A stretch of 64,000 nucleotides of DNA, from contig JBLDXI010000009.1 of NCBI GenBank assembly GCA_047495785.1, forward strand, positions 2,232,001 to 2,296,000, read 5' to 3'. The position numbers and the translations under genes were made by a program. The notes under the pieces are model-generated. The model did no database searches. It saw nothing but the letters and a program-made list of their open reading frames with translations, and was not told the DNA's origin. The first letter of the stretch is position 1, and each line of letters opens with the position of its first letter. Source of the DNA: Lepidodermella squamata (taxonomy: Eukaryota > Animalia > Gastrotricha). Below, in pieces: positions 1 through 12,500 of the stretch.

Positions 1-2646
1 TTAAAATCGACGCGACACAAGTAACGAGCCAACTCGGGGGCGGTAAAGTCATGCCCCACATTGACAGAGAATTAGGTGTAGCCATCGGCATCCAGGTTGT
101 TGACAGTAATAAAAACGAAGTCAGGCAGAAAAAAACTGGTCTGGTATAGGGCGTGAGTGGGTTGAAGCCGTGAACTGGCGACGCTGGGTCAGGTTGCACA
201 GATTTGAATAGGGAAAATTGCGACGACGCCAAAACTACGACTAGGAGGAGAAATTCCAGATCGTGAAAGAAACCGTTAATGAGCAGTTGTCCGGCTAGGA
301 TGGAACACGCCGCGGCTAGTAAGCCAACGAGGACGATTTCCCACAACGATCGCGTCGTGTCCATGAAAGCCATCAGTGAAAGGCGGTCGAAGTGAAGTTG
401 CAAATCGAATTTGAGCTTTCCACGGTCGATTCGACACGTCACCCGACGCCGCTGTCTGACATGAGCACTCAAGGCCGAAGTCGAAGACGTCAAACGATTC
501 GCTGGCACTCGAACTGGTTGACCAGCAAGAGTGCCCTAAATAGCAAAATCAAAATAATAAAAAAATCCTCCTTAAAAATTTCTCATTTCAAACCTGGCGA
601 GTGAGCAGTCCTGTGACTAATCTCTCAAAGCTAGAAAATCGAGGAGGTCCGCCTCGACCAACAAGCCGCGTGAAAGTTTCATTTCCTTCACCAGCACCCG
701 ATCGCTCATTGAGAAGGTAAGAATTCGGCGTCGAAACGGAGTCATTATCCCCGGCTGAAACGTTGACAGTGCTCGACGAGCTAGGAGAGTCATCATTAGG
801 TAATGACGATGACATGCGAAGTCGAGTCGCTGAACTCTGGTTGCCATCGTTGTTTCTACCCGGGTGACGGACTGTTTCATGTTGCCGCTGCAACCTCTCT
901 AACCTCCGATGTAATTCATGAAGCTCTAGGTCAGTCTCCTGCGATTCAGGATCAGCTAACCGTAATTCACCTAACAGCGTCCTCAGATCAGCCAATTGAG
1001 CCCGTAGTGATGGTCGGCGTACGTGACGATGGTGTTGCCGCGAAGGAGCTGCGACAATTTGTTGATTCTGAGCGTTTTCCTCCTCATTTTCGAACAACCA
1101 TTTCAGAGAAATTGCATCTTCCGTTGAGGTTCGATTAACTGTAGTTTCATCATCTGCAATGTAGTCAGCGTCTTGAGCTATTGACGACGAAGTCTTCCGT
1201 CTCTGACCGTAAATCCCACGGTCGCGATGAAGAAGCTCACGCTGCACTTCGAGGGGTAAATTTGTTTGAGAAAAACGAGCTACATCAACCATTTGTGACT
1301 CGGATTTAACGAAATCAAGAGCGCCAACTGAGTCGTCAAGCCGGCGATTCAGACCCATTGTAACAGTACTACTGACACTCTGATTCGCCCGGCCCTCTGA
1401 AACTCCAGCTGGTAGGAATGGCGTAGATTGAGCTGTGACTTTATTCATCCTATAATGCGGTTGCTCTTGGATTTGAATTTCTTTGCCTATAGTGTCGGCA
1501 ATCGTCGTACTGTCCGCTGAGGGTGATCTCAATGAAAGTAACGGCAAGGCTTGAAGAGAAGTACCACCGATTTCAGTGTCTATAAAAAGGTCAATAATGT
1601 CGATTCTAGTCAGAAAATTGAGAAAATATACCTGAAAAAGGTTCGTCCAAAGTAGGTTGTGAAAGCGCGGTTTCATTAGGGTACCATAAACGGTGATGAA
1701 GACGCATCGAAGGGGGAAGATTTGGAATAGCTCTGAAAAAACCACCTGCCCCTGCTAGACCATCCGCTGACTCCGCGGCCGGAGATGAAGCAGCGACTGG
1801 CTCTTTGAGGAAAGAAACATCATCCAGCCGAGTCTCAGCTATTATAACGCGACGCCGGGGTAGTAAAGTAGCAGAAGCTGCCCGTGATTTTGACGTTGTA
1901 TCAGTAGCTGAATGAGCGCGTCGTAATGTTCTTCTAGACGGTAGTCGTGCTAATATATGCTGCAAGGCATAGGACGGTGGTCTCCTTCGACCTGAGGGTC
2001 CGGCAGTGGTCGCTCGGTGGGTTCCAAGCCTGGACTGGGGCCGACCTTTCACATCAGCCGTGTGAACCTCGGCTACAGCGAGCGATGGAGCCAAAACGAA
2101 TTCAACATTTGTCACGTTACAGCTTGTAGCTGCACCCGCTCCAGTCGAATGAGTATCATCGTTGGTAGCTGCCGTTTGATCGAGAATAATTGTACTTTGC
2201 TGAGCCAAATTGAGCTCCGTCAGCTCAACTGCTTCATCAAGACGCCGTGAGTCATCAACATCATGATGTTCCCTGGATGAAAATCCTAAATGATGGCGGC
2301 GCCTTGACGGGTTGGTCGCGTCGTTTTGCCGCTGAGCTTCTTCGTCAGAGCCTCTCCGCTCTGGGATTGCACAAGTGTCAAGCATCCAGTGCAGAAGCGA
2401 GGCAACTATTTTGGAACATGAAAAGAAAACTCCAGCAACTATGGAATATGAAAGCCAGGCGATCCATGAAAAGTTGACAGGAACGGCCAAGTGAATCGCC
2501 ATTGGTATGGCTGCCAGCATAGCCCATAGATAGACGTGGAACAGATTGGAAAAATCTGTTTGGGTTACGTCGTAATGACAGCCACCGGTAAACGCTGGCC
2601 ATATTGCGTCCCGTATCAACTCCAACACATAAGTTATTGTAACCAT
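1..2646 (-). CDS. pcx: Pecanex-like multi-pass membrane protein, 5' part; 3' end lies beyond the window
   Basis: N-terminus ELIRDAIWPAFTGGCHYD..NLFHVYLW matches the pecanex N-terminus. Exons 2646-1632, 1579-594 and 535-<1 join in frame across GT-AG introns 1580-1631 and 536-593. Exon 3 encodes FDRLSLMAFMD and QFSLFKSVQPDPASPVHGFNPLTPYTRPVFFC, typical pecanex motifs. Confidence 0.9.
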
Positions 2647-2812
2647 TCCGCTGCTATTGCCATATCATCCCTTATGATAACAGTAATAGACCTACAGGCA
2701 TAAAAAGATTTTGCTTAGAAATAAATTTAATCAGGGTAAAAAGTTTGAGCCGATGGTGATAATAACGTCATTTGGTGAAAAACGGAGAATAAAATCACTT
2801 GAAACTTGAAAA

Positions 2813-3745
2813 TTAAAGCGCAATTACTTCACCACGAATGATCGCACTCAACACATCCGAAGCACTCGGTAGTTCCGGCCGTGGCCACCACGAATAATTC
2901 CCCAAACGATGGATATCACTGAGCGCAACAGATAATTTGTGCTCCTTGCCTGTCGACACAGAGAATCGATTTGTGAACAACAGAAGCCATGTCAAATAGA
3001 ATGGATAACGGACAAGCCAGTGTAAAACAGCGAATAGCACGTAACGAGCACCTGCCAATGGTAGGTACAAACTCAGAAATACAACGTAGTAGACTACAGT
3101 TGTCGGCAGCAGGAACAGAGCACACGTGAAAAGCAGAGTGCCAACAAACAATTGCTCAGCGTCGTATCGAACAGAGTCGACGCGTTTTCTCAACGGATTC
3201 CACTTCTGCCCTCGCCACAATCGGAAACACACGAGCAGAATTCGTACCTCCATTCTGTAGAGTTTTGTTGCATATACGTAAAAGCATATTAAATGAGGAA
3301 AAACAACCAGGAGACCGTCAGAAACAAGTGCTATTGGAATCGACATTCCACCTAGACCAAGGCTCGATAATAAAGAGCTTAGATTGCTATAACAGAGGCT
3401 TGATTGGACGAGACCAGAAAGCAGCTGAACGTAATTTGTCCAAATGAATACGTGGTATGAATAGAAGTATCCCAGAAAATCGTTTAACGGAGCGTTTAGT
3501 TTGAGGCCCGCTGGCGAGTCGTGCAGCCAACTCAATAGACTGTTCAGCCTTGGACCTAATTCTTCGACCAATAACGACGGTTGAATAGCAACAAACATCT
3601 GCGATGACACTAAAGTGGCCAATATGGCATAGAGCATCGTGCCAATTAATACATCAGGGAGTAGTAATACAGCCCAATCGCTTGCGCTCGCCACAGATGC
3701 ATGCCGGCGTCGCTGGCTAATAAGCCATGCCAGTTGAAGTTTCAT
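2813..3745 (-). CDS. PIGQ: Phosphatidylinositol N-acetylglucosaminyltransferase subunit Q (Gpi1 domain); further 5' exons probably lie up to ~4170
   Basis: Gpi1 motifs WLHDSPAGLKLNAPL, LWRGQKWNPLRKRVDS and EQLFVGTLLFT..FLLPTT in a hydrophobic ORF. True start not resolved. Confidence 0.9.
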   Translation of the reverse strand: MKLQLAWLISQRRRHASVASASDWAVLLLPDVLIGTMLYAILATLVSSQMFVAIQPSLLVEELGPRLNSLLSWLHDSPAGLKLNAPLNDFLGYFYSYHVFIWTNYVQLLSGLVQSSLCYSNLSSLLSSLGLGGMSIPIALVSDGLLVVFPHLICFYVYATKLYRMEVRILLVCFRLWRGQKWNPLRKRVDSVRYDAEQLFVGTLLFTCALFLLPTTVVYYVVFLSLYLPLAGARYVLFAVLHWLVRYPFYLTWLLLFTNRFSVSTGKEHKLSVALSDIHRLGNYSWWPRPELPSASDVLSAIIRGEVIAL

Positions 3746-4583
3746 CGAGCATATATTAACCTAGCGAAACCAATTCAAATTAGAGCCAAGCTCAACATAA
3801 AAAACTTATAAGATTGATGCTGACTTCTGACTTACTAAGAGAATGCATATAGTGGAACAATAAACTATGTAATTCCAAACAGATATTTTCATATATCGGT
3901 AGCACAATCAACAATCGACAGACGTCAGAATCGCACAATTTACAATTGTGATTCTGTTATGAGCATAAACATTTCGCAAGGTGCATGGAATCAATGCCGT
4001 ATGCCGTATACAAATAAAAGATTTTACATTTTACCATCAGAAATTGGATTACATATTAGTGCTTAGGGTTGTCCGATTTTCGATTAGCATCCTACATCCT
4101 ACATCCCAATCCCAAATTCCGGTAAGACAGTACCGGCAGCTGGAAGCCCTGCTTCTTGTTGTGAACATTCCGCTATTCTAATCTAATAGTTCTGACTAAT
4201 ATGGAGTAAGTCGGGAGGCGGCTCACGTCAGCTGAAGCGGGGGCTGCTGGCGTGCCCCTGTCCCTTGTTAGAAGTTTGAATTCCAGCAGCCAGCAGCCAA
4301 CAGCTGGAGGTCACGTTGAAGGCGAAGTCGCATCGCATGTGACGTTGACATCAGCAAATAAAACCCCAAGAGTTCTGACGCAAGTGCACCTGTCACCCCT
4401 GGTAAAACAAGAAACAAAATAATAATTAAATAATAATTGTGCAGATGGCTATGAAAAGAACTCATGATTGTTTATGTTTTCCAGTAAATGTAAGAAAATT
4501 AGTTCTAAAATTTTTGATTGATGGCGGGAAAAAGTTTAAAATGATGCCAGAAGTTGAACGTTTTTTTCGTGGTGGGAATAAAC

Positions 4584-5219
4584 CTGTTGGTCTGCCTTTG
4601 GAATGTAACACGTAACACGCAACCTTTTGCTGCATTGCGTGGGTGATAATGCGTCCTTAGTAGTTGAGTCATTTCGTGGCTGCTTCTGTTCAACATTTCT
4701 AATCTGAGCAGCTGGTAGTTGGAAATCTATGGTGCCTACTATGTTGATCTATGTATGCCAAGTTCTGCTAAATTTTGAAAGACGGATTCCGCCGAAACCT
4801 ATACAAAATTTTTCAAAATTTACGTTTCTTTCTTGCAGAGCACCTGGCTATGCAATTTTAGGAAGTTTAGGCACAGCATGAAGCCTCTGGTGGGATATCT
4901 TTAAAGCCGAAGTAGTGGCGCCGTCGTTGACCTGAGCAGACAACACGGTTGTATCTGCAGAGGCTGCTTTAGGATGCACACGTGGGCCGCCATGACTCTC
5001 AATAGTTGTCTCGCTCGAGAGGTGGGGAAACCCACATGTCGATTGACGGTCTTCTGCGAAATGGCTTAGATAAACTCGAGCGGGGTTTGGCACCACATCC
5101 AATGGTGTAGGGTCTCTATTAGAGTGGGCAGCCAGCTCACCCTCAGATCTTCCGAACCTGTCATCATCATCATGAAAATTTGGAGTGGATGGATTTCGTC
5201 TCTTTTTGAAAAACATCAT
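4584..5219 (-). CDS. Hypothetical protein, probably spliced; no recognisable domain
   Basis: 123-aa ORF 5219-4848. The same frame continues to 4584 with two TAGs (4848, 4749) that can serve as splice acceptors. 3' end not resolved. Confidence 0.3.
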
Positions 5220-6527
5220 TATCTTCCAGTCTTTTCATTCGTATAAATTGGATATTTGGACTGGCTCTTTCGAATATAACAAGAAGTTGCTAAAATAGAG
5301 CAAAGAATTATGAATTTTCTTCGGAATTTGGGCTTTTTCAGGCTCGATCTTCGATCTGCTATCTTTTTCCAACACTTGTGTGCACTATCGCCTTATGAAA
5401 AATTTATATAATGCATAATGTTTACAAATTCTATAATTAAATTCTTGAATTCGCCGAATCCGACCCTGCACGGCATTTTGTCATATCCGTGTGACGAAAT
5501 GCGTCATCCCCGTCACGGCTGGTCTCGCTAAGTAATAGGTAGCTCTATCGAGGTCCCGGTTCCTCAAATAGGATATACTCGCACAGTATCTGCTATCTGC
5601 TCAGACTGGCAGAAAGTTATTCCGGTCTCGACCTTTATCCCAGAATGGGTTCATATTATCTAAGACTTATCTTTTCTGATACAATCAATGCAATAGGGAC
5701 ACAATTTGCCGTCACCAAGCCCGCATTGGGTTTCGTATTTACTTGGACTTGGTATTTGAAATCGAATTGAGCTAATCATCCCCGAGGACGTGCTTCTAAC
5801 TTATAACCACAAATGAAGGCTGCTTACTTGACAGTGGCTTGACCTTTGACTTGTCTGAAGGTCAGTATTGAACTTTATTCTGTTAAAAGTCGCCTCTTAC
5901 ACCCCACTAAGAATGACCTATAAATCGATATATAAATATATATATTGGTGGGAGACATTTCTGATGAGTGAAATGATTAAAACGATATAAAATGGCAGAT
6001 AATAGGTAATATAAAAATAGTTGGCGCAATTTATCCCGAACGCCGACTATTATACCAGAATAGTCTGGAATTCGAATGAGGAGACGTTTTGAAATGAGCT
6101 TGTTTGTGATTTCATATTATTTTTTTTTGATCTGGTATTCTGGGAAAATTTTGTCAGTCTGTATCTGCTGACATACTAGTTGTCCACAGAAACATCTTTA
6201 CCGGTGAGAACCCAGTTTGAAAACTCAAATTTTCCGTTACATGTATAATTGAGCGTCATTTACTTAACGCACCTTGGCTCTGCGACAACTTTTTATTTCA
6301 AAATTTTTTCGTATAATTTGTTCTGTAAATAAAAATATGCAGACCTAATTGAAGTCTGGCATGAAGCTGTGCCTCACAATCGCGCTCAAATTTTGAGTTG
6401 TAATAATATTACTGCTCTGATTATGCAATTTCAAGTTGAGCTCCATTTAACCAATGTCTATCATCTCCATTTTATTTGGTCGTTATTTTATAGGTAACTT
6501 TATTCGCTTCAATTTTAAAGTTTAAAA

Positions 6528-9500
6528 ATGGAAGGAGCGGGTCGAGCTCGCGGTCGCGCTCGCGGCCGGGTTGCCGGGAGCGGCCTGAGTACTCCAGGCC
6601 CAGACGCCCCAAGTGAAGTATCAAATTCAGTGGCCACGGCTGCAATGCCGCGTGGTGGAATCGCCCCACGCGGTCGCGAACAGTCTGGTCCGGTCGACGC
6701 CAAGGGCCGCATGGAGCGCCTTCAGGCCGCAAGAGCACGTCGTATGGAATCAATCGTCATCCCGTTGACCAGGCCGCAAAATGTGACCAATACTCAAGGT
6801 AATTCAAGTTAATCAAATGGGACATGTTTAATCTATGTTTTATGTTTGATATTCTAGGCACGACAGGTGATCCTGTGGAGTTGGTTTCCAATTTCTTCAA
6901 GATTCAGGGCGGCCCGACTTGGTCCATGTATGAGTACCATATCGATTTCGAGCCCGAGATCGATTTTATCAGCCTTCGAATCCAGCTTGTGCGCGCCCAC
7001 AAGGATAAAATTGGCGAAGTTTTTTCCTTCAATGGCGCTAATCTGATTACTCCTAAGAATTTGGGCGAGGTAAGCATTCTATGCACTTATTTTTTAGTCT
7101 GTTGAAACCTAGATATTGGTTTTGGGAAATATTGATTCTGCATACTAGTTGCAATTCTGTGTCTTTTTCAGGAGAACATCTGGCATTCGACACGTGACAG
7201 TGATGGAGCGACCATCAAACTGCGAGTTCGGCGAACTGCCGAAGTTTCGCCCGACTCGGAAGAGGCCGTTCGCATTCTCGACAATGCCGTTCGTGACATG
7301 CAGAAGGCCCTCGAGCTGAAACAGTCGAAGAGAGATTTCTTTGACCCAGCCGCAGCTATTAACATGCAGAACTTCGGAATGACAATATGGCCTGGATACG
7401 CTATGACGATCACCAAGTATGAGAACGAGCTGTTGCTGAACATGGACATTATTCATCGCGTCATGCGTACCGATACCTGCTATGATATGATGCGCAAAAT
7501 TTTCAACGACGCTCGCCAGAACAATTTTGATCCGAAAGAAGCTATTTCAAAGGCACTCATTGGAACCATCGTCTTGACCAAGTACAACAACAAAACACAT
7601 ACGATCGATGACATCCTGTGGCCGCCAGAAAACTCCCCGTTAACGAAGTTCGAGCGCAAGGGCGAGGAGATTTCGATCGCCGACTACATGCGTATTCAAT
7701 ACGACGTGGTTATTCAAGACGTGAAGCAGCCTCTGCTGGTCACCCGTCCGCGAAAGATGGCTCGTCGTATTAAGGAGGAAGGCCGTGTCGACAAATTGGT
7801 TCCGGAGTTGTGCTTCATGACCGGTTTGACCGACGCCCAACGTGCTGATTTCCGCCTGATGAAGGAATTTGGCGAGATCACCCGCCTGAACCCGACGAAC
7901 CGTATGCAGCGATATACCGATTTCGGTCGCCGTGTCGCCAATTGTGACAAGGCCCGCAAGGTTCTGTCCGATTGGAACCTTCGTCTCGATCCGCAGCCGC
8001 TTCGCCTGAGGGGTCGACTCCTCAAGCCAATCGAGTTGACCACAGGTAGCGCTCCTATATGCCCTGATCAGAGCGCGGAATGGTCGAATGCAATCAAAAA
8101 TATGAAGGCTTGCGACCCTCAGCCGATGGATCCGTGGGTCCTGATCTTCCCACGTCGTGACGAACAAGCCGCCCGCGAACTTTCTGACGCTGTGTGCCGC
8201 ATTGCACTTGGCCTTGGCATTCAAGTTAGTGATCACTAGTTTTGCTTTCATATTCCGAATAATCTGATCAATTTTGTGTCTTTATTATCAGTGCCCGCCG
8301 CCTAGACCGTGTCCTATCGAAAATACGCGCGCCGATGGTTATAAAGCTGCATGTCAGCAGGTTTCGACGTTGCCTAACATCAAGCTCATCATGTGTCTGC
8401 TGGGCCGCAAGGATCGTCAGATCTACGAAGCAATCAAGAAGTTCACCCTCGTCGACGTCGGCATTCCATCACAGGTTTGTAATTATGCGTGTTTTAGATT
8501 TTAGATATTAAGTACTCATCATTCCTATTTGCAAAATGGCGCGAAAAGTGTTTAAAAATACTCTCTCTCTCTTGATCTGTTGATTCTAATTTATTTTACC
8601 AATGGAGAATCCAAACCAGACCTAGTCTGGTAAAATTTCCCGGATTGGGCGTAATCAACATCAATTTAGTTGGCTCGATCGATGATCCATTTATCGAACT
8701 TAACACAGTAAAGGTAAAGGTGGAGAAGATGGAGAAAAGCTAAAGCTTAAGTAGATAGTAACTGAAATGATTTCCCTCGAAACATTTACGATTTTATTGT
8801 CAATGTTTGAAGCCCTCAAAAACTCACCCTTGTTTTTTTTATTCAGTGCGTTGTTGTGAACACGCTCCGCAAGGGTATGATGAGCGTGGTGACGAAAATC
8901 ATGCAGCAAGTTTGCGTCAAATTGGGCGGCGCGTTGTGGAGCGTCCCGATTCCGTGCAAGACTGCGATGATTTGCGGCTTCGACACGTACCACGACTCGG
9001 CTGCTCGAGGCAAATCAGTCGGCGGGTTCGTTGCTACTACTGATCCTACGTTCACGAAGTTCTATTCGCGCTCGTTTGCTCATGAAGCTCGTGGTGAGCT
9101 CTCTCATCACCTGGTCGTCTGCCTGGCCGAAGCTATCAAAACATACCACTCGAAGAACGGTGTGCTGCCGGCGATCATCCTCTTTTACAGAGATGGTGTC
9201 GCGGACAACCAATTAAAGGCCGTACACGATAGCGAGGTGCAGCAGCTGAAAGAGGTCGCTAAGCAGTTTGGACCTGACTACCAGCCGAAGCTGTCGGTGA
9301 TCGTCGTTCAAAAGCGCATTCGTCCCCGTTTCTTCGCTATCAGGGGCCCACAAATCAACAATCCCACTCCGGGTACTGTTGTCGACAATACTATCACGAA
9401 TCCCAAGGCGTACGATTTCTACGTAATTGCCCAGTCCGTTCGCCAGGGTACAGTCACGCCGACTCGATACAATATCATTCACGAGTCGACTGCTCTTCAG

Positions 9501-12500
9501 CCCGACCATCACCATCAGCTGGCGTACCGTCTCAGCCATTTGTACTACAATTGGCCGGGAACAGGGCAGGAAAAAGTGTCCGATCGTGCGATCTATGATC
9601 GTGGGCAGTTTACAGGGCTGAAACCCCCTTTTCGTGGGCAGCTCGGCTTTTTGCTCATTATTTAAAAAGTCATTGCGTAACTATGAACTTCAATTTATTT
9701 GGAGGAAGAAAATCGAAATGTAAAAGATTAAAATTCGATGCGCCCTTTGGCGCTGGCGATGCGATCGACAACCTTCCCTGTTGCAAACTTGACCGCCCGA
9801 TCGCTGCGCCGCTTGAAATTCCACTCCCTTCCCTTAAAGTAATTATTTAACGCGGTAATCAAAAATTTTGAAGAATTCGGGTTGGCAGGATTTGGTCCAT
9901 TCCAGTGGATGAAGGTCTCTTTTGACACGACCGCATCGTCCGCCGGGCGATCGTGGCTAGCATGACGGTCCAAGACGGACCCCATCGACTCCACCACGGA
10001 CTCGCAGTGGCTCTTGAGGGCACATTTTAAATAAAAAGACATGAAGTCTTGGAGCCCTTCATGCAATGAAGCGGTATTCATAAATTGATACAACACCTCG
10101 CAGTGTTTTTGCCCATTTAAGGGAAGCGATTTAACCCGCTTGCTCCAAATGCGGTATTGACTGATTATCGAATCTCGATTGAGCAGCTGCCCACCTTCCT
10201 CGGCCTCGTCGATGATTTCAGAGAGGACGGATATCTGCTCTGGAGCCCCAGCCTTTATCAGTTCCACATTAAACACCAATGCAGCCTTGCTGCTCAGATT
10301 CTGCTGAGGCGGAAAACGTTCCACAAGTCGCTGCGTTATAGTCGTGCATAGACGCTTTCCTTGCTCGAGACATGATTTGGCAGTAGACAATAGGTCAGTA
10401 GGTCCGGTTGATTTAGCCGATCGAGTGACGACAATCTGCCCACCGCATTGGTCCAATTTGCGAGTTTTATACTTGCCCCCTAATAATAAGGAAGATTAGA
10501 TCCTCCCAAAACTGCCCAATTTCACACTTACCATTTTCTTGCAACTCCTTGTACGCGGAGTGGAACGATGGAAATTGATCAGCGCAATCTTCAATATCTA
10601 CTGCCGACATTTGGCGGAATTTCGATCTGGCGAGTTTTATTATCGTGTCAATTTCCCAATTCATCAAGTCGAAAGTTTGAACTTGTTTCGAGGTTTTACC
10701 AAGGAGATCGTAAACATCAATTGCCAAATTGAGCTGCAAAACGAGTTTCGCTTGGCCGATTTTCGCAGCTAGTGGGTCGCTCTTCTCGACAAGTTTCGCA
10801 TGCATCGTTGTGAAATTTTTGCGGAAATTGCGGAAAACCCCATCAGCGTAGGCTGCGAATCGGGTATCTAGTTATAATGACACAGGTAAAATACGTTTTT
10901 TGCGATTATCTCGATCAATTATCGATGATCAGCAGAAATCGATAATCGATAATCGATAAGTGGTGATAGATAGAGGAAATTGAGTGACACCAGCTTGTTC
11001 AGCGTGAAATTTCACCCTAGATGACAAATTTTCATGTTTCTATCATTCATAATAAGGCAGATATCGCACAATCAGTTTTACTTCCGGTGGGGTATGTTTA
11101 GGCGGCTTTAGGCAATTGATGTAGAATTTTTCAAAAAACCGGCAAAACCGCTTCCTTTGAACTCGAAATCCCCCTTAGAAACCCCGGAGGGGTAAAGTTC
11201 GTACGGCGGATTTGATTCCGTTTTCAGAATTTCAATAGCCCCCGTACTTCCGGAGATAGTTGATTTTTTTAAATTGTTTTATTACTTTATTGCACCGTAA
11301 TTATTTTTTCCTTCCAAAGCGTTATATACCCGTGTAATACATCAAACTAAGCAGTTTTTTGCGTAGAATCGCGTGGTGCAATTCATATTTGCATGGGATA
11401 AATGGCTTGCAAGTTATTGATGATTCAATTATTGACTAACCTGAAAATAGACCGACGCTCCCAAGCGAGGTTTCGGCAACAGAAGCCGCTTGTTCCAGCT
11501 CGTGAAACTTCTTTCCCCTGCCGAAATGCTTGAAAACTTCGGTGATCAAGTCAATCAGAGTTTTCAACCACTCGTTTTCAGAGCGGGCATCTTTCATCGC
11601 AAGCTCGATCAAGTGGGCAGGATCCCAGATAGCAGTGAGCCAGAGATCGCCTAGTAATTCTCGAAATCGGTCTGCTACACCAAGGTTAATGTACTGACCA
11701 TCGCAGGCTAATCCAACCAATCTTTGTCGCAGCATAGTTGTTGAATAATTCAAATTTGTTTGTAATACCGAAATCATGCTCTTGGTTAGCCCCAGACCTG
11801 CAAATATAAGTTGTTAGTTTTTAGATCCACGTGACTAATTTCCTTACCAGAGTGGTCCTGAACTACGGTGTTTTCGACGAAGATGGGCTGGATTCGACCT
11901 TGGAGAAATGCGGCGAGCCCAAGGATCTGCCCAGTCCGGCGTTTGGCAGTCATTTTATCCGTTAGCACAGCAATAGGTGTGGGCTCTCCAGTAGCAGGAA
12001 GGGCGTCGTGTAAAAGGAAAACCAGCTTATCCAATAATGTAGTAAAGAGGCATTTTGTAAATGAAGCTGCGAATTTCCGGCCGTGATTGACCTCGCCAAC
12101 CTCAATATCGGAAACTGCAAGTGCTGCTACTTGCCGCTCGAATTTAGAATAGGAAATCGCTTCACGCGCATTGTTGAACACAATACGCGCTAGTAGTAGC
12201 GCTAGAATATTGTTATTAGATTGATTACGCTTACAGCTTACATTAGCTATTAGAACTCACCAATTCTCTTCACAGATCTGTTGTTTGCAGCGACTTTTTC
12301 TTCAATTTTTTCAGCGTTTTCTTCAGCTACCAAATGTTTCTCGCACTCCAAATGTTCCGCCATGTTTCGCTATAAATCGGATTTTTAAAATGCTGGCTAA
12401 GAGAGAAATATCAAGTTAAAGGCGTACTTTCAAATTGCGAAATTCGATTGGCTGAGTGGTTTTCGCAAATTCTGATCCAAGTTCAAATTTGAACCGGAAT

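Noticed and set aside
588-1745. Overlap of ORFs 588-1745 and 1606-2646 as a programmed frameshift
   Set aside because: Explained by the 52-nt GT-AG intron at 1580-1631.
4749-4850. Two in-frame TAGs suggesting stop-codon readthrough or recoding
   Set aside because: Both fit as splice acceptors, and TAG is absent from the long exons of the other genes, so the standard code applies.
7145-8251. Long antisense ORFs opposite Piwi (also 12456-13142 and those opposite mucin exons)
   Set aside because: Shadow ORFs from codon bias and low-complexity coding; no motifs.
8475-8846. Long Piwi intron 4 with a CCAGACCTAGTCTGG palindrome resembling one at ~6056-6068
   Set aside because: Too short and degenerate to call a MITE or regulatory element without a genome search.
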